A stretch of 64,000 nucleotides of DNA from Leucoraja ocellata (taxonomy: Eukaryota). The notes below the pieces were generated by a model that made no database searches, was not told the DNA's origin, and saw nothing but the letters and a program-made list of their open reading frames with translations. The first letter of the stretch is position 1, and every line of letters starts with the position of its first letter. The DNA is taken from positions 1-64,000 of the forward strand of contig JAWMAR010001442.1 of the NCBI GenBank assembly GCA_036785375.1, written 5' to 3'. This document shows, in pieces, positions 1 through 13,335 of the stretch. The translations under genes and the position numbers were made by a program.

Positions 1-759
1 GGGCCTGTTTCTGTGCTGTGCTGTGCTCTAAACTAAACTAAATTAAACCTCCTCTGGGCCCTCTCCAATGTTGGCACATCCTTCCTCAGATATGGGGCCA
101 AAACTGCTCACAATACTCCAAATGCAGGTTCTCCATTCACTAACACAACCCTCCGGTGATACTTGATAAGAAATTTTATCTCAGGGAATATAAAACAAAA
201 TTAAAATTTAAAAAGCAGACCCTTAATTTTGTGGACAACACTCCCACCCAGTGGTGTAACGCCGCAATGACAGCTCCAGTTATTTTGTTGTCACCTTGAC
301 ATTCGCTCGACATCTGTATTTGGAAATCAGGACATTCTATGAATAAAATAGGTTTTAAAATCTAAAGCTAGTTTTTTTTGTGGATAAGCAGGCGGTGCTT
401 TGCTGTGATGCTGAGCCTTTGTGAATTGTGGACCCAGAGGTTACTTTATGAGTTTATTAAGTTCTAGGAGTGGATTCTTGATTAGCGCGGGTGTCAGGGG
501 TTATGGGACGAAGGCATGAGAATGGGGTTGAGAGGGAAAGAGACATCAGCCATGGTTTAAATGGCGGAGTACTCGATGGTCTTAATGGCCTAATTTTGCT
601 CCTATCTCTAATGGACATGAATTAAAGTTATGTGATAAAATACAGGGACCTGTCATAGTGGTGGAGTGTTGACCACAAAATAATGAAGGAGGGGCAACTT
701 TATATAGTCAATGGAGGGCACCATTAAATAGTTATTGGAGGGCACTATCAAATAGGAGT

Positions 760-1150
760 GAGAGAGTGAGAGAGAGAGACGGGGGGGGGGGAGTGAGGGA
801 GGGAGGGAGGGATGGGGCGAGAAAAGAGGAGGAAGAGATCTCTCTCCCTCAGTCACTCCTCTTTTCCGACCCTTATTCACTCCTCTACTTCACTACATTC
901 ACTCCCTTCCTCCACTCATTCACTCCATCCCCACCCTCTCTGAGATTTTCTCCCTCCCTAATCATTCTCTCCCTCATTCATTCCCTCCCTTCTCTCATTC
1001 ACACCTACCCCTCCCACCTCCCTCTCCCCCCTTATTCTCTCCCTCGCTCGCTCAGTCACACACTTTCTTTCACCCTTCAGCCCACATTCCCCTCCCTCTA
1101 TCCCATCTTCCCCAACCATTCCCTCTCACTCTCTTGCTCTCTTCTCTCTT
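760..1150. repeat. Low-complexity GA/CT-rich region
   Basis: Polypurine then polypyrimidine tracts. Overlapping ORFs are artefacts. Confidence 0.8.
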
Positions 1151-4015
1151 TTTTTTTTCTTTTTCTTTTTCAAAAACTTTATTCGACACAGTCATATGAT
1201 ACAACAGATCAAAACATAATCAGAAATTACACTATATCAAATAATCATTATAGTACAAATGTGCATTCATTGTTTACAATACTCTCAACCCCACGCGGTG
1301 CCCAGCGCCCACGGAATACCTCCAGAGTCCCCGTGGACACCGCGTGTTCCCTCTCCAGGGACACACGTGCACGGACATAGGCCCGAAAGAGGGGCAGGCA
1401 TCCGACTCTAGCCTGACCCTCGACCGCCGCTGCCTGGACCCGCCAATGGCCATCTTGGCCAGGCCCAGGAGCAAACCGACAGGGAAGTCCCACTCCACCC
1501 CCCCTACTTGGCTCTCCCCACACACTGCCTTGTGTCCAAACACAAGAATCGTAGGACTAAAATGTAACCAGAGCTTGAGGAACAACCCTTTCATATATAT
1601 AACAATAGGAACAAACTCTCTTCCTGGCTGCAGAAAATACAGGTGGTAGACGAGTCCGTGAACCGACTCTAAAGTTTATTACATGCCACCGCTCTATGCA
1701 GCACTCTCCACCCCAGGTCCCCAATGTAAAGGGGGACAACTCCCTTATAGATGGACCCCCACTGGGGACCTTTCCCACCTTTGGGTGGGAACACAGACTG
1801 CCATGGTGTGTCAGGGCGGGAGATGAAGGCAAGGAGGTGCAGAAAGTACAAGAACATTCTGTACAGTGAGCGTCTCTTCGCATCACGAAACGGCATGCTG
1901 GTCATCTCAGAGAGGTGGCTCAGGTTGTGTGGAGCCGGTTCCCAGAAATTCCGAATATCCAGAGTCGAAGGCCCGATGAGCAGATCTGATGATGCGGGTG
2001 AAAGCTCATTCAGAACCACTCTAGGCACGCGCCTCTCCTCGACACTCGCCATGACAGAGTGAGGACCGGCCACTCCCGCAGCCGCAACATCCCCTTCCCC
2101 TCGTGGAGTGACACGCTGGCTGAAAACAGCCAAATTCCTCACTCTTAGCACATCCCAGTAGAAAACAGGCAAGCCCCTTAGGGCGGGTCGACTGATGCCC
2201 GCCACCGGGAGCCGTGAGACCCCCCCCCCCCCTTTAGGCAACGACCCCGACGGAAACAATACGTGGCCAAAGCATGCGATCTGGGGGGGTTCTCTACATA
2301 CATGTACCTCCGCAGAGTCCTGAGATGGAGAGCCGCCCACCTGGTACGCACGCATACCAAGGACTGGCCGCCTCCTCTAACGGGAGACTCAGAACCGCTG
2401 CGGAAACCCAGTGCTTCCTATTTCCCCAAAAGAAATCCACCAGCTTCCTCTGTAAAGCAGTTACAAATATGGAAGGTGGACAAGAGTAGCATAGTACCAT
2501 AACAGGAAGCCACCAGCTGGTTTATGACCAACACCCTCCCCTGAAAGGGTAGAACTCCAAGCAAGCCTGACAAGCTGCCCCAGCCTGGCCCAGTTTCGTT
2601 CACTCCTGCCCAATTTACGGCCATCATTCTCAGTGGGACTCAGGTGCACCCCCAGATAGAGGAGGTGCGTGGTGCTCCACGCAAACATTGCCATCTCCTC
2701 TGGCAGGGAGTCCACTGCCACTGACCCACTAAAGTCCAGAGCACTTTGCTCCAATTAATCCTTGCAAGATGCATCCGAGAAAAACTTCCGGCAATCACGC
2801 ATCCCTCCGCAGGTCACCAGGACCGGTGAACATAAGGAATACATCATCGGCATAGCCCTGGGCCCGGTAGGGCCAGGCCTGTCAATCTCCACCGAAGACA
2901 CAGGAATGGCTCCACACAGACCGAGTACAACTGACCCGACATGGGGCACCCCTGACCCCCCTCCCAAAATGAAAGGGAGCCAACAACGCACCATTAACCT
3001 TCACAAGGCACTCCGCTGCAGCATACAAAAGCCAGTACCCGAGCCACAAAATGCCGTCCAAATCCAAACGCTTGCAACATCCCGAAGAGGTATTCATGCT
3101 CTACCCTATCAAAAGCCTTCTCCTGATCAAGAGACAGAAACGCAGCTGACTGACCAGTACCCTGGGCTAGATGAATCAGTCCCTAACCAGGTGGATGTTA
3201 TCCTGAATGGACCGGCCAGGGGCTGTGTAGGACTGGTCAGGGTGAATCAGTTGAGACAGCACAGTGTCCAGGCGATTTGCCATCGCCCGTGCAAAAACTT
3301 TGTACTCTATACATGGGAGGGAGACCGGGCACCAGTACTTCACCAAGCGGAGTTGCCCCTTCTTGGGCAGCAAGACAACAACTGCTCTACGCCACGAGAG
3401 GGGCATCTCCCCTGTCGCCAGGTTCTCCCCCAGAACCAACATGTTGTCACCCCCCAGGATATCCCAGAAAGTTCTAACATACTTTACCGTCAACCCATCC
3501 AGCCCGGGGGGACTTACCCCTCCTGAGCTGATGCAATGCACGAGTCAACTCCTCCAAAGATAAGGGGCCATCAAGAAGATCGGTCACCTCCCTTTCTACA
3601 GTTGGTGGACCCTCCCACAGGTCCTGCTGAGCCTCCCCGCTGAATCCACCTGCGGGGAACAGGGACCCGTAAAAGGACCTGACCAGGGCACTAATCCTCT
3701 CCGGATCAGTGACAGAGGAGCCATCGTCTGCGAGAATCTCTACGACCTGTTTGCGGGCTCCCCGCCCTTTCTCCAGAGAGAAAAAGAAAGGTGAAGCTCA
3801 GTTCAGATCGTGCAGCATCTGGACCCGCGCCCTCACGTAAGCGCCTCGGGACCGCTCAAGTTGCAGGTTCCTCAAGGCTTCCTTCTTCTCCTGAATTCCG
3901 CATTCACAGGAATCATCACTAAACTGACCCAGGCGAGACTCTGCGTCCAGTAGCTCCCTCTCAAGCCTCTCGACCGCAGAGTCCTGCCGTCCGGTCGACC
4001 CCCACGTATATTCCT
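1150..4015 (-). mobile_element. Tx1-type (L1 clade) LINE, 5'-truncated and frameshifted
   Basis: RT-region peptides such as PLSWRRAVVVLLPKKG..WCPVSL..YKVFARAMANRL..IHPDQSYTAPGRSIQDNIHLVRD. The 3' end has AATAAA (1178-83) and an A-rich tail on the minus strand. Confidence 0.85.
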
Positions 4016-4444
4016 TATGTGTATTCCTTACCTGAAATTGGAGAGTTCAATGTTCATACCGCTATTTCAGGAAGTCCTTGCTTTCTCACTCTTTCCCCTC
4101 CCCTTCCCAGCTCTCCCACAGCCCACAACCCACTGTCCCCGTCTCTTCCTTTCTTCTCCCCCCCCCCCCCCCACACATCAGTCTGAGGAAGGGTCTCGAC
4201 CTGAAACATCACCTATTCCTTCGCTCCGTAGATGCTGCCTCACCCACTGAGTTTCTCCAGCATTTTGTCTACCATTGGTGTCTAAACCCATGACTATAAG
4301 CTTCAGGGAAGAGCATCTGCTGACTTTACCTGGTCTTGTTATGTGACTCCAGGCCCCCAGTTATGTAGCCGACCCGTATCAGCTCTGAAATGGCCCTGGG
4401 AAACATCCAGTTCCAAGGCAGTTGTGGACGGGAAATAAATGTTA

Positions 4445-4750
4445 GTTCACTTCACTTGCACCTCCTCCAACCTCATCTACTGTATCCACTGTTCAAGGTG
4501 TGGACTCTTACACATCTGCGAGACCAAACGTAGACTGGGCGATCGTTTCGCTGAACACCTTCGCTCAGTCCGCCTGGACCAACCTGATCTCCCAGTTGCC
4601 AAACACTTTAATTCCCCATCCCATTCCCACACTGACCTGTCTGTCCTGGACCTCCTCCACTGTCAGAGTGAGATGAAACACAAATTAGAGGAACAGCATC
4701 TCATATTTCACTTGGACAGCTTACAACCCAGCAGTAGGAATATTGATTTC
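4445..4750 (+). mobile_element. Penelope-like element fragment (GIY-YIG endonuclease)
   Basis: FTCTSSNLIYCIHCSRCGLLHICETKRRLGDRFAEHL...VAKHFN...EQHLIF. Confidence 0.85.
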
Positions 4751-4759
4751 ATGAAATTG

Positions 4760-6310
4760 TTTCTATGTCCCAGCTACACTAGTCCCACCTGCCTGTGTTT
4801 GGCCCACATCCTTCCAACCCTGTCCTATCCATGTACCTGTCCAACTGTTTCTTAAATATTGGGATAGTCCCAGCCTCAACTACCTCCTCCGGCAGCTCAC
4901 TCCATACACCCACCACCCTGTGTGGAAAAGTTTACCTCTCAGATTCCTATTCAATCTTTTCCCCTACACCTTGAACCTATGTCCTCTGGTCCTCGATTCC
5001 CCTACTTTGGGCAAAAGACTCTATGCATCTACCCAATCTATTCCTCTCATGATTTTGTACACCTCTATAAGGTCACCATTCAACCTCCTGCGCTCCAAGG
5101 ATTAGAGTCCCAGCCTACGTAACCTCTCCCTATAGCCGACCCTGATATCCTGGCAACATCCTCATAAATCTTCTCTGTACCCTTTCCAGCTTGTTGACAT
5201 CTTCCCAATAACATTGTGCCCAGAACTGAACACAATACTCTAAATGTGGTCCCATCAATGACATATAATAGACAATAAACAAAAGGTGTAGGAATAGGCC
5301 ATTCGGCCCTTCGAGCCAGCACCGCCATTCAATGCGATCATGGCTGATCATCCACAATCAGTAGCCCGTTCGTGCCTCCTCCCCATATCCCCTGACTCCG
5401 CCATCTTTAAGAGCTCTCTCTTAAAAATATCCAGAGAACCTGCCTCCACCCCCCTCTGAGGCAGAGAATTCGAACATGACCTCTCAACTTCTATACTCAA
5501 TACACTGACTGATGAATCCAATGTGTCAAAAGTTTTTTTGACCACCCGAACTATCTGCGACTACACCTTCAAGGAACCATGCACCTGTAATCCTAGATCC
5601 CTCTGTTCTACAACACTCCCCAGAGGCCTACCATTGTCTGGTCATGCCCCAATGTCTTTTCCCCGAGGTGTGTTCCTCCAATACCTGGCCCCATGGGCTT
5701 TCCTGCAATGTTTGGCCCTCTGACCTATGCCATTTGGATCAGGTGCTGGAGTTGACTCTTCAGTATCAGTTGTATTCTTTTCGGAACCTGTTCATGTACT
5801 CCTCTCCTGATGCGTTTTAGCCCAGTATCTGGTGTATTTGGTGCACTCATAGAGTCATAGATTAATACAGTGCGGAAACAGGCCCTTCGGCCCAACATGC
5901 CCACACCGGCCAACAATGTCCCAACTACCCTAGTCCCACTTGCCTGCACATGGTCCATATCCCTCCAAACCTGTCCTACCCATGTACCTGTCCAACTGTT
6001 TCTTAAACGATGGACTATCTCCTCTGGCAGTTTGTTCCATACACCCACCAACCTCTGTGTGAAAATGTTACCCCTCGATTCCTTTTAAATCTTTTCCCCT
6101 TCACCTTGAACCCATGTCCACTGGTCCTCGATTCCCCTACTCTGGGTAAAAGACTCTGTGCACCCACCCGATCTATTCCTCTTAAGATTTTGTACATCTC
6201 TATAAGATCACCCCTCATCCTCGTACGCTCCATAGAATAGAGACCCACCCTGCTCAACCTCTCCCTGTAGCTCACACCCTCGAGTCCTGGCAACATCCTA
6301 GCAACATTCT
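4760..6310 (-). mobile_element. Nested CR1-type LINE 3' fragments
   Basis: RGDLIEMYKILRGIDRV...TSGHGFKVKG-type CR1 ORF2 C-terminal peptides and recurrent 3' UTRs. Confidence 0.8.
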
Positions 6311-6376
6311 CAGCTGAAGTCCCTAAAGTGATGAGTAAAATGATGATCAACTCCAAACATTTCATGTTTTTGTTAT

Positions 6377-6387
6377 TTTATTTTATT
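6377..6387 (-). terminator. Polyadenylation signal(s) of membrane IgW mRNA
   Basis: Overlapping AATAAAATAAA about 590 nt past the TM2 stop. Confidence 0.6.
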
Positions 6388-6972
6388 TATGCAAATGAAA
6401 ACATGCAGTTCAGCAGAAAAATTAAAAAATAAGCTGCAGACAATGAGTTAAACAACATCTGCTTTACAAAACCTGATTGAGAAAGTCCCCAAGCATCGTC
6501 CTCCCCCCCCCCCCCTCCCCTCCACCACATTGCTTCATGTTCCTTCTCCCCTCCCCATGCCCCCTTCTTGCTCCTAGGGCATCAGCGCATCCCTCCCCCT
6601 CCCACACTCCCCTCTTCTCCTTCACTCATCACATTCCCATCTGCTCCCCTTTCCCAAACATTAATCCTGCCTTCCTCTCCCACTCCTGAATGCCACCCAC
6701 TCCAGTGTCTTATACCCTGACATTTTCCCACTGTCATGTCCTATCCTGTCCTTCCCACCCCACACCCCCCCCCCCCCCACCCCCCTCAGTCCCAACCGGT
6801 TTCTTCCCCAGCATCCCCAGTGCATTTCCAAGTTTATCTCCTGTAATGAGCGTTTGCAGAGCAGTAGTCTAGGATTGCCGAGTGAGTGAGTGAAAGACAG
6901 GGAGACTCCATTTGTCAACGTCAACAGCTGCATGGCGATCTCTTGCGTGAAGGTGGCGTGTGTGTCGGCTGG

Positions 6973-6984
6973 TCATTGTTGCAC
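6973..6984 (-). CDS. IgW: IgW TM2 exon (cytoplasmic tail VQQ*)
   Basis: Acceptor ctttcctgtgtatattacag then GTG CAA CAA TGA, phase 0 matching TM1. It lies in unique sequence between repeats. Confidence 0.75.
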   Translation of the reverse strand: MQQ

Positions 6985-7299
6985 CTGTAATATACACAGG
7001 AAAGTTAGATATTGTGTGTGACAAGGTGCAGCACAGATGGTGACCTGCAGGGACAGGCAAACTAAATAACAGACAGTCTGTCCTTAACCTCAGAGATGGA
7101 CCCTCATGGACAGGGGGTCTGCAACATTTCTAGAACCCTCGAGGATTGGTGGTCTGTGCATGTGTGTAGGAGATGGACCCTCATGGACAGGTGGTCTTTC
7201 ATTAGTGGCCCAGGTCAACTCTAAGGGATACACAGTCTGAATGCCAGTTGTGGGCTGAAGAGAGGTCCCGTACTTGGGCACAGTTTCCAGATACGGAGT

Positions 7300-7620
7300 A
7301 CCCTGTTAGTTGTAGTTTAGTGATACAGCATCAAACAAGCCCTTCAGCCCAGGGAGACTGCGCCGACCAGCGATCCCTGCACATTAACACTACCCTACAC
7401 ACACTAGGGACAATTTTTTTACATTTACATCAAGCCAATTAACCTACAAACCTGTACATCTTTGGAGTTTGGGAGGAAACCAAAGATGTCGGAGAAAACC
7501 TACGCAGGTCACGGGGAGAACGTACAAACTCCATACAGACTGCACCCGTAGTCAGGATGGAACCCAGATCTCTGGCACTGTAAGGCAGCAGCTCTATCGC
7601 TGTGCCACCGTGCCGCCCAA
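7300..7620 (-). mobile_element. tRNA-derived SINE
   Basis: Head ggcggcacggtggcacagcgatagagctgctgcc..., box-B-like gggttccatcc and (taaac)-type tail. Related copies near 19100, 45095, 53400-53640, 54080 and 63360. Confidence 0.75.
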
Positions 7621-7779
7621 AATTTGATATGAATACAACGTTTGTTTGATTTCCTTGTTTGAGCCCAGGGTCATTGCCCCAAATACCCAACGTTCTATGA
7701 ATGTTTGCTGTATCAAGGCCCAGAGGACAGGAGTAAAGTGGAAAGGTTCAAAGACCAGGGGGATGTGAAGGGTCCCATA

Positions 7780-10760
7780 GAAACATAGAAAATAGGTGCA
7801 GGAGGAGGCCATTCGGCCCTTTGAGCCAGCACCGCCATTCATTGTGATCATGGTTGATCACCCCCAATTAATAACCCGTGCCTGCCTTCCTCCCATATCC
7901 CTTGATTCCACCAGCCCCTAGAGCCCTATCTAACTCTCTCTTAAATCCATCCAGTGATTTGGCCTCCTCTGTGGTAGGGACTTGCACAAATTCACAACTC
8001 ACTGGGTGAAAGAGTTTATTCTCACCTCAGTTACGGCCTCCCCATTATGGCCTCCCCATTATTCTCAGACTGAGGCCCTTGGGTCTGGACTCGCCCAACA
8101 TTGGGAACATTTTTTCCTGCATCTAGCTTGTCCAGTCCTTTTATAATTTTATATGTTTCTATAAGATCTCCCCCTCATCCTTCTAAACACCAGCGTCCTT
8201 CCTCAAATTAGGAGAACAAAGCAGTATACAATACTCCAGATGTGGTCTCACCAGAGCCCTAAACAACTGCAGAAGAGCCTCTCTACTCCTATACTGAAAT
8301 CCTCTTGTTATGAAGGCCAACATTCCATTAGCTTTCTTCACGGCCTGTTGTACCTGCCCACCAACTTTCAGTGACTGGTGTACAAGGACACCCAGGTCTC
8401 GCTGTACCTCCCCCTTACCTAACCTAACCCCATTGAGTTAATAATCTGCCCCCTTGTTTTTGCTGCCAAAGTGGATAACCTCACATTTATCTATATTATA
8501 CTGCATCTGCCACGCATCTGCCCACTCACTCAACCTGTCCAGGTTACCCTGCAACCTCCTAACATCCTCTTCACAGTTCACACTGCCACTCAGCTTTGTG
8601 TCATCCGCAAACTTGCTAGTGTTGCTCCTAATTCCCTCTTCCAAATCATTAATATATATGGTAAACAGTTGCGGCCCCAACACCGAGCCATGCGGCACTC
8701 CACTCGCCACTGCCTGCCATTCTGAAAAGGACCCGTTCTTTAATAGTCTTTGCTTCCGGTCTGCCAACCAATTTTCTATCCATGTCAACACCCTACCCCC
8801 AATACCATGTGCTCTAATTTTAGTCACCAGTCTCCCATGCGGGACCTTATCAAAGGCTTTCTGAAAGTCTAGGTACACTACCTCCACTGGCACTCCTTCA
8901 TCCATTTTACTTGTCACATCCTCAAAAAAATCCAGAAGATTAGTCAAGCATAATTTTCCTTTCATAAATCCATGCTGGCTTGGACTAATCCTTTTACTGC
9001 TATCTAAATGCCCCATTATTAACTCTTTAATAATTGACTCCAGCATCTTTCCCACCACCGAAGTCAGGCTAACTGGTCTGTAATTCCCCGTTTTCTCTCT
9101 CGCTCCTTTCTTGAAAAGTGGGATAACATTAGCTATCCTCCAATCCACAGGAACTGATCCTGAATCTATTGAACATTGGAAAATGATCGCCAATGCATCC
9201 ACTATTTCTAGAACCACCTCCCTGGGATGCAGACCATCAGGCCCAGGGGATTTATCATCCTTTAGTCCCATTAGCCTACCCAATACTATTTCTCACCTAA
9301 TGAAAATTTCTTTCATTTCCTCTACCCCCTTAGATCCTCTGTCCTCCAGTACTTCTGGGAGATTGTATGTGTCTTCCTTAGTGAAGACAGATCCGAAGTA
9401 CTTGTTCAACTCTTCTGCCATTTCCTTGTTTCCCATAATAATTTCACCCATGTCTGCCTTCATGGAACCCACATTTGTCTTTGCTACTCTTTTTCCCTTA
9501 ACATATCAAATAAGCTTTTACTGTCCTTCTTTATATTCCTGGCCAGCTTCCCCTCGTACTTCATCTTTTCAGCATGTATTGCCCGTTTTGTTTCCTTCTG
9601 TTGTCCTATGAAAGTTTCCCAATCCTCTGGCTTCTGGCTACTCTTTGCTGTGTTATACATCTTTTATTTTAATTTTATTCCATCCCCAACTTCTCTTGTC
9701 AGCCACGGTTGCCTCCTACTCCCCTTAGAATCTTTCTTCCTTTTTGGAATGAAATGATCCTGCATCTTCTGGATTATGCCCAGAAATTCCTGCCATTGCT
9801 GTTCCACCGTCATTCCTGCTAGGATCCCTTTCCAGTCTGAAGAAGGGTATCGGCCCGAAACGTTGCCTATTTCCTTCATTCCATAGATGCTGCTGCACCC
9901 GTTGAGTTTCTCCAGCATTTTTGTGTACCTTCGATCTTCCAGCATCTGCAGTTCCATCTTGAACCCTTTCCAGTCTACCTTGGCCAGCTCCTCTCTGATG
10001 CCTTCATAGTCCCCTTTGTTCAACTACATCACTGACACTTCCGATTTAACCTTCACCTTCTCAAATTGCAGATTAAAACTAATCATATTATGATCACTAC
10101 CTCCAAGCGGTTCCTTTACCTCTCGTTCTCTTATCAAATCTGGTTCATTAGACAACACTAAATCCAGAAATGCCTTTTCTCTGGTCGGCTCCATTACAAG
10201 CTGCTCTAAGAATCCATCTCGGAGGCACTCTACAAACTCTCTTTCTTGGGGTCCTGAACCTAGCTGATTTTCCCAGTCTACCTGCATATTGAAATCCCCC
10301 ATCACCACAGTGGCATTACCTTTGTTACATGCCAGTTTTAACTCCTGCTGCAACTTACACCCTACATCCAGGCTACTATTTGGGGGATCTGTAGATAACA
10401 CCAATTAGGGTCTTCTTGCCTTTGTAATTCCTCAACTCAATCCACAGTGACTCTACCTCATCAGTCCCTATGTCTTCCCTCACAAGGGACTGAATTCCCT
10501 CCCTCACCAGCAGAGCTACCGCCCTCCTCTGCCCACCTGCCTGACCTTTCTATAGGCTGTATAACCCTGAATATTAAGTTCCCAGGCCTGATCCTCCTGC
10601 AGCCACTTCTCAGTAATCCCCACCATGTCATATCTACCAACCTCTAACTGAGCCTCAACCTCATCTACTTTACCTCTTATACTTCGCTCATTGATATACA
10701 ATACTTACGCAAGTCACCTTTCACATCGATCCCTATTACACTTGGCCATACTCTCCTATC
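7780..10760 (-). mobile_element. Long CR1-type LINE ORF2 remnant (APE endonuclease + RT) in the TM1-TM2 intron
   Basis: Peptides [62 protein letters not shown], with stops and frameshifts. Confidence 0.92.
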
Positions 10761-10957
10761 CCTTTACTCCCTTTCCCTTTAACTCCGGCCCTGACTATCC
10801 CATTTGACACCCCCCCCCCCCCTTATTGTCCCAGACTGCATCATCTGTTGGCCGTGGTGTGGTGAGGATTGATGAGTCAGAGAACACAGTGTAGTGAGGA
10901 ATGGACGGTCACAGTGTGGGGGGGTCACAAAGTATCTTTGTCGTTGGTCATCGTTAC

Positions 10958-11097
10958 CTTGACAACAGTGACGAAGGTACTGTAGAGGAAACTGATAATG
11001 AACAGGAGGGCGAAGGCAGCAACTGTGAGCACATTGTCATCTCCATCCAAGTCCCCTGGCTCCACCTTCCCTTCCTCACCTGTCAATTCTGTGCCAG
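10958..11097 (-). CDS. IgW: IgW transmembrane exon TM1
   Basis: AGTELTGEEGKVEPGDLDGDDNVLTVAAFALLFIISFLYSTFVTVVK: acidic spacer plus the conserved antigen-receptor TM motif (FxxLFxxSxxYSTxVT), donor GTAACG. Confidence 0.94.
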
Positions 11098-12129
11098 CTT
11101 CAGGACAAATGAGAAGGTGAGACAGTTAGTTTGCCGCCGATGTTTTGTGAAGATCAACAACGTGTGAATAAAATGAAGGCAACAGGAGGACAGGAAGACA
11201 GGAGGCTTGGGTTAGTTCCACCGTTCAATGATATGTGGAGATCTATCACCAGCTCCACTGAGCTGACTTTCCCCCACATCCATTATCATCTCGTATAGTC
11301 AAACTCTGCAATCTCAGATATAAAATCACCTTCACACCTGGAACCAAATGCTAACTGTGGAAGGCAATTCCAAACTTCCATGAACCTCTGATAGACACAA
11401 AAAGCTGGAGTAACTCAGTTGCACAGGCAGTATCTCTGGAGAGAAGGAATGGGTGAGGTGTCGCATCGAGACCCTTCTTCAGATGCCATGACCCACTTCA
11501 TGTAGCATGGCTATCTCTAACTTTTAGACCCTGTACTTTGTATAGAGTTGGATTTCCATAAATCAGGGAGATCATTTGTAACCCAGGGAGCACTGTATAG
11601 AACTAAAAAATAATTCCTCCTCATCTAGTTAGTTTAGTTTATTGTCACGTGCACCAAGGTACAGTGAAATGCATTTGTTGCATGCTAACCATTCAGCGGA
11701 AAGGCAAAACATGATTACAAATGAGTCATTCACAGTGTATACATACATGATAAGGGATTAATGTTTAGTACAAGGTAAAACCAGTAAAGTCCAATCAAAG
11801 ATAGTCCAAGGGTCTCCAGTGAGGGAGATAGTAGTTCAGGACCACTCTCTGGATGTGGTGGGATGATTCAGTTGCCTGATAACAGCTGGGAAGAAACTGT
11901 CCCTGAATGTGGAGGTGTGTAAATAGATCTTCACAGGGTAATCTATTCTGTTAGCTCCCATTAACTTTGTGAAAACATCAAACAAAACTTCCTTTAGCCT
12001 TGTAAATGACAACTTGTTCAGCATCGTGAAAGTAAGCATGCAGGTAGGTACAGCAGGCAGTGAAGAAAGTGAATGGCATGTTGGCATTCATAACAAGAGG
12101 AGTTGAGTATAGGAGCAAACGTCCAGAAG

Positions 12130-12580
12130 CGAAAAATACTACAAAAAGTTCATTGCCCAGTTCATCGCTGGCATTGACCTCCCCACCGTCGAAGAGATCT
12201 ATCATAGTCGCTGCCTCAAAAAGGCAGCCAAAATCATCAAGGACCCACACCATCTTGGCCACACACTCATCTCACCATTGCCATCAGGAAGAAGTTACAG
12301 GAGCCTGAAAACTGTAACGTCCAGGTACTGGAACAGCTTCTTCCCTACAGCCATCAAGCTATTAAACACAATGAATAAGCTCTGAGCCCTGAACTGCAAA
12401 AGACTATATTATTGTTTGTTATTTGCACTATTTGTTATTTATTAAACTTTTTATTTTTTTCTCGTTCCCCGTTATGCACTATGTTTACATATTCACATAT
12501 TCTGTTGTGCTGCAGTAAGTAAGAATGTCCTTGTCCCGTCTGGGACATATGACAATAAAACACTCTTGACTCTTCTTGAC
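12130..12580 (+). mobile_element. Rex/Babar-type LINE 3' fragment
   Basis: Same sequence family as the 47742-47984 ORF (IIKDPHHPGH..LPSGRRYRS..RFRNS..PTAIRLLN) with (cttga)n tail. Related copies at 16750-17290 and 46840-48180. Confidence 0.75.
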
Positions 12581-12684
12581 TCACTCACACACTGCAACAC
12601 CTGTCCTTCAGTGCTAAACTTGCCTGGTCCTATTTTGTGACGGGGTAAAAGATGTGATGATTAGAGTGAATCCCAGCACCGTAC

Positions 12685-12954
12685 CTTGAAAGCTTTTCAC
12701 TTCCCGGCTGATACTGGTGTTCGAGGGGGGATGAGACACTGCACAGCCGAAGACTGAGCCTTTTTTCCAATCCTCTGAACTCACATTCAGGAAGTGGCTG
12801 GCACTGAAAGTCCCCCCTTGCTCCAGAGCAGTCGGTGTAGCGCTGGTGGTGGAGGAGATCGGGGCTCCGTCTTTCTCCCAAGTGACGTTTATGAGGTCCG
12901 GGTAGAAACCAGAGAGCACACACTCGAGGATGGCTGTGTGGCTGCGCTTGGTCT
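12685..12954 (-). CDS. IgW: Duplicated CH4-like exon (CH4'), 5'-truncated; pseudo-exon or used via a cryptic acceptor
   Basis: ETKRSHTAILECVLSGFYPDLINVTWEKDG...DWKKGSVFGCAVSHPPSNTSISREVKSFQ, donor GTACGG. The first ~13 codons and native acceptor of CH4 have no counterpart. The start given is an in-frame cryptic AAG acceptor at 12955-56. Confidence 0.7.
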
Positions 12955-12986
12955 CTTGGTGAGTAGATGTGAGAACCTCTTCCTCA

Positions 12987-13335
12987 AGGGCCTGTCCCAC
13001 ATACACAACTTTTTTGGCGACTGCCGGCACCCGTCATAGGTCGTTACAGGTCGCCGAAAAATTTAAACATGTTGAAAATCCAGCGGTGACCAGCACAAGG
13101 TATGACTATTTGACTCAAGGTACGACTACTCACGACCATACTGGCTTCACCCCGCTACATGTCACCAGGTTGTTGCCTCCATGGGCGTGAGTAGTCTCCT
13201 CAGTCGCCCAAGGAGTCGTAACGCCTTTCAGGTTGCCACTGAATTTTCAACATGTTGAAACTTTTTGGCGACCTACAATGACCTATGACGGGTGCCGGCC
13301 GTCACCGAAAAAGTTGCGTAAGTGGGAAAGGCCCT
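12987..13335. mobile_element. PIF/Harbinger-type MITE in the CH3'-CH4' intron
   Basis: TIRs agggcctgtcccac / gtgggaaaggccct, flanked by 3-bp TSD TCA...TCA. Confidence 0.85.

Noticed and set aside
653-1380. ORFs of 75 and 204 aa
   Set aside because: Low-complexity CT-rich DNA plus the antisense of a LINE 3' end.
6389-6396. Octamer ATGCAAAT beside the membrane polyA signal
   Set aside because: Single hit in an AT-rich 3' UTR, expected by chance, with no supporting motif cluster.
10885-10935. Two CACAGTG heptamers near TM1
   Set aside because: No nonamer at 12 or 23 bp; the best candidate, ACAAAGTAT, has a 10-bp spacer.
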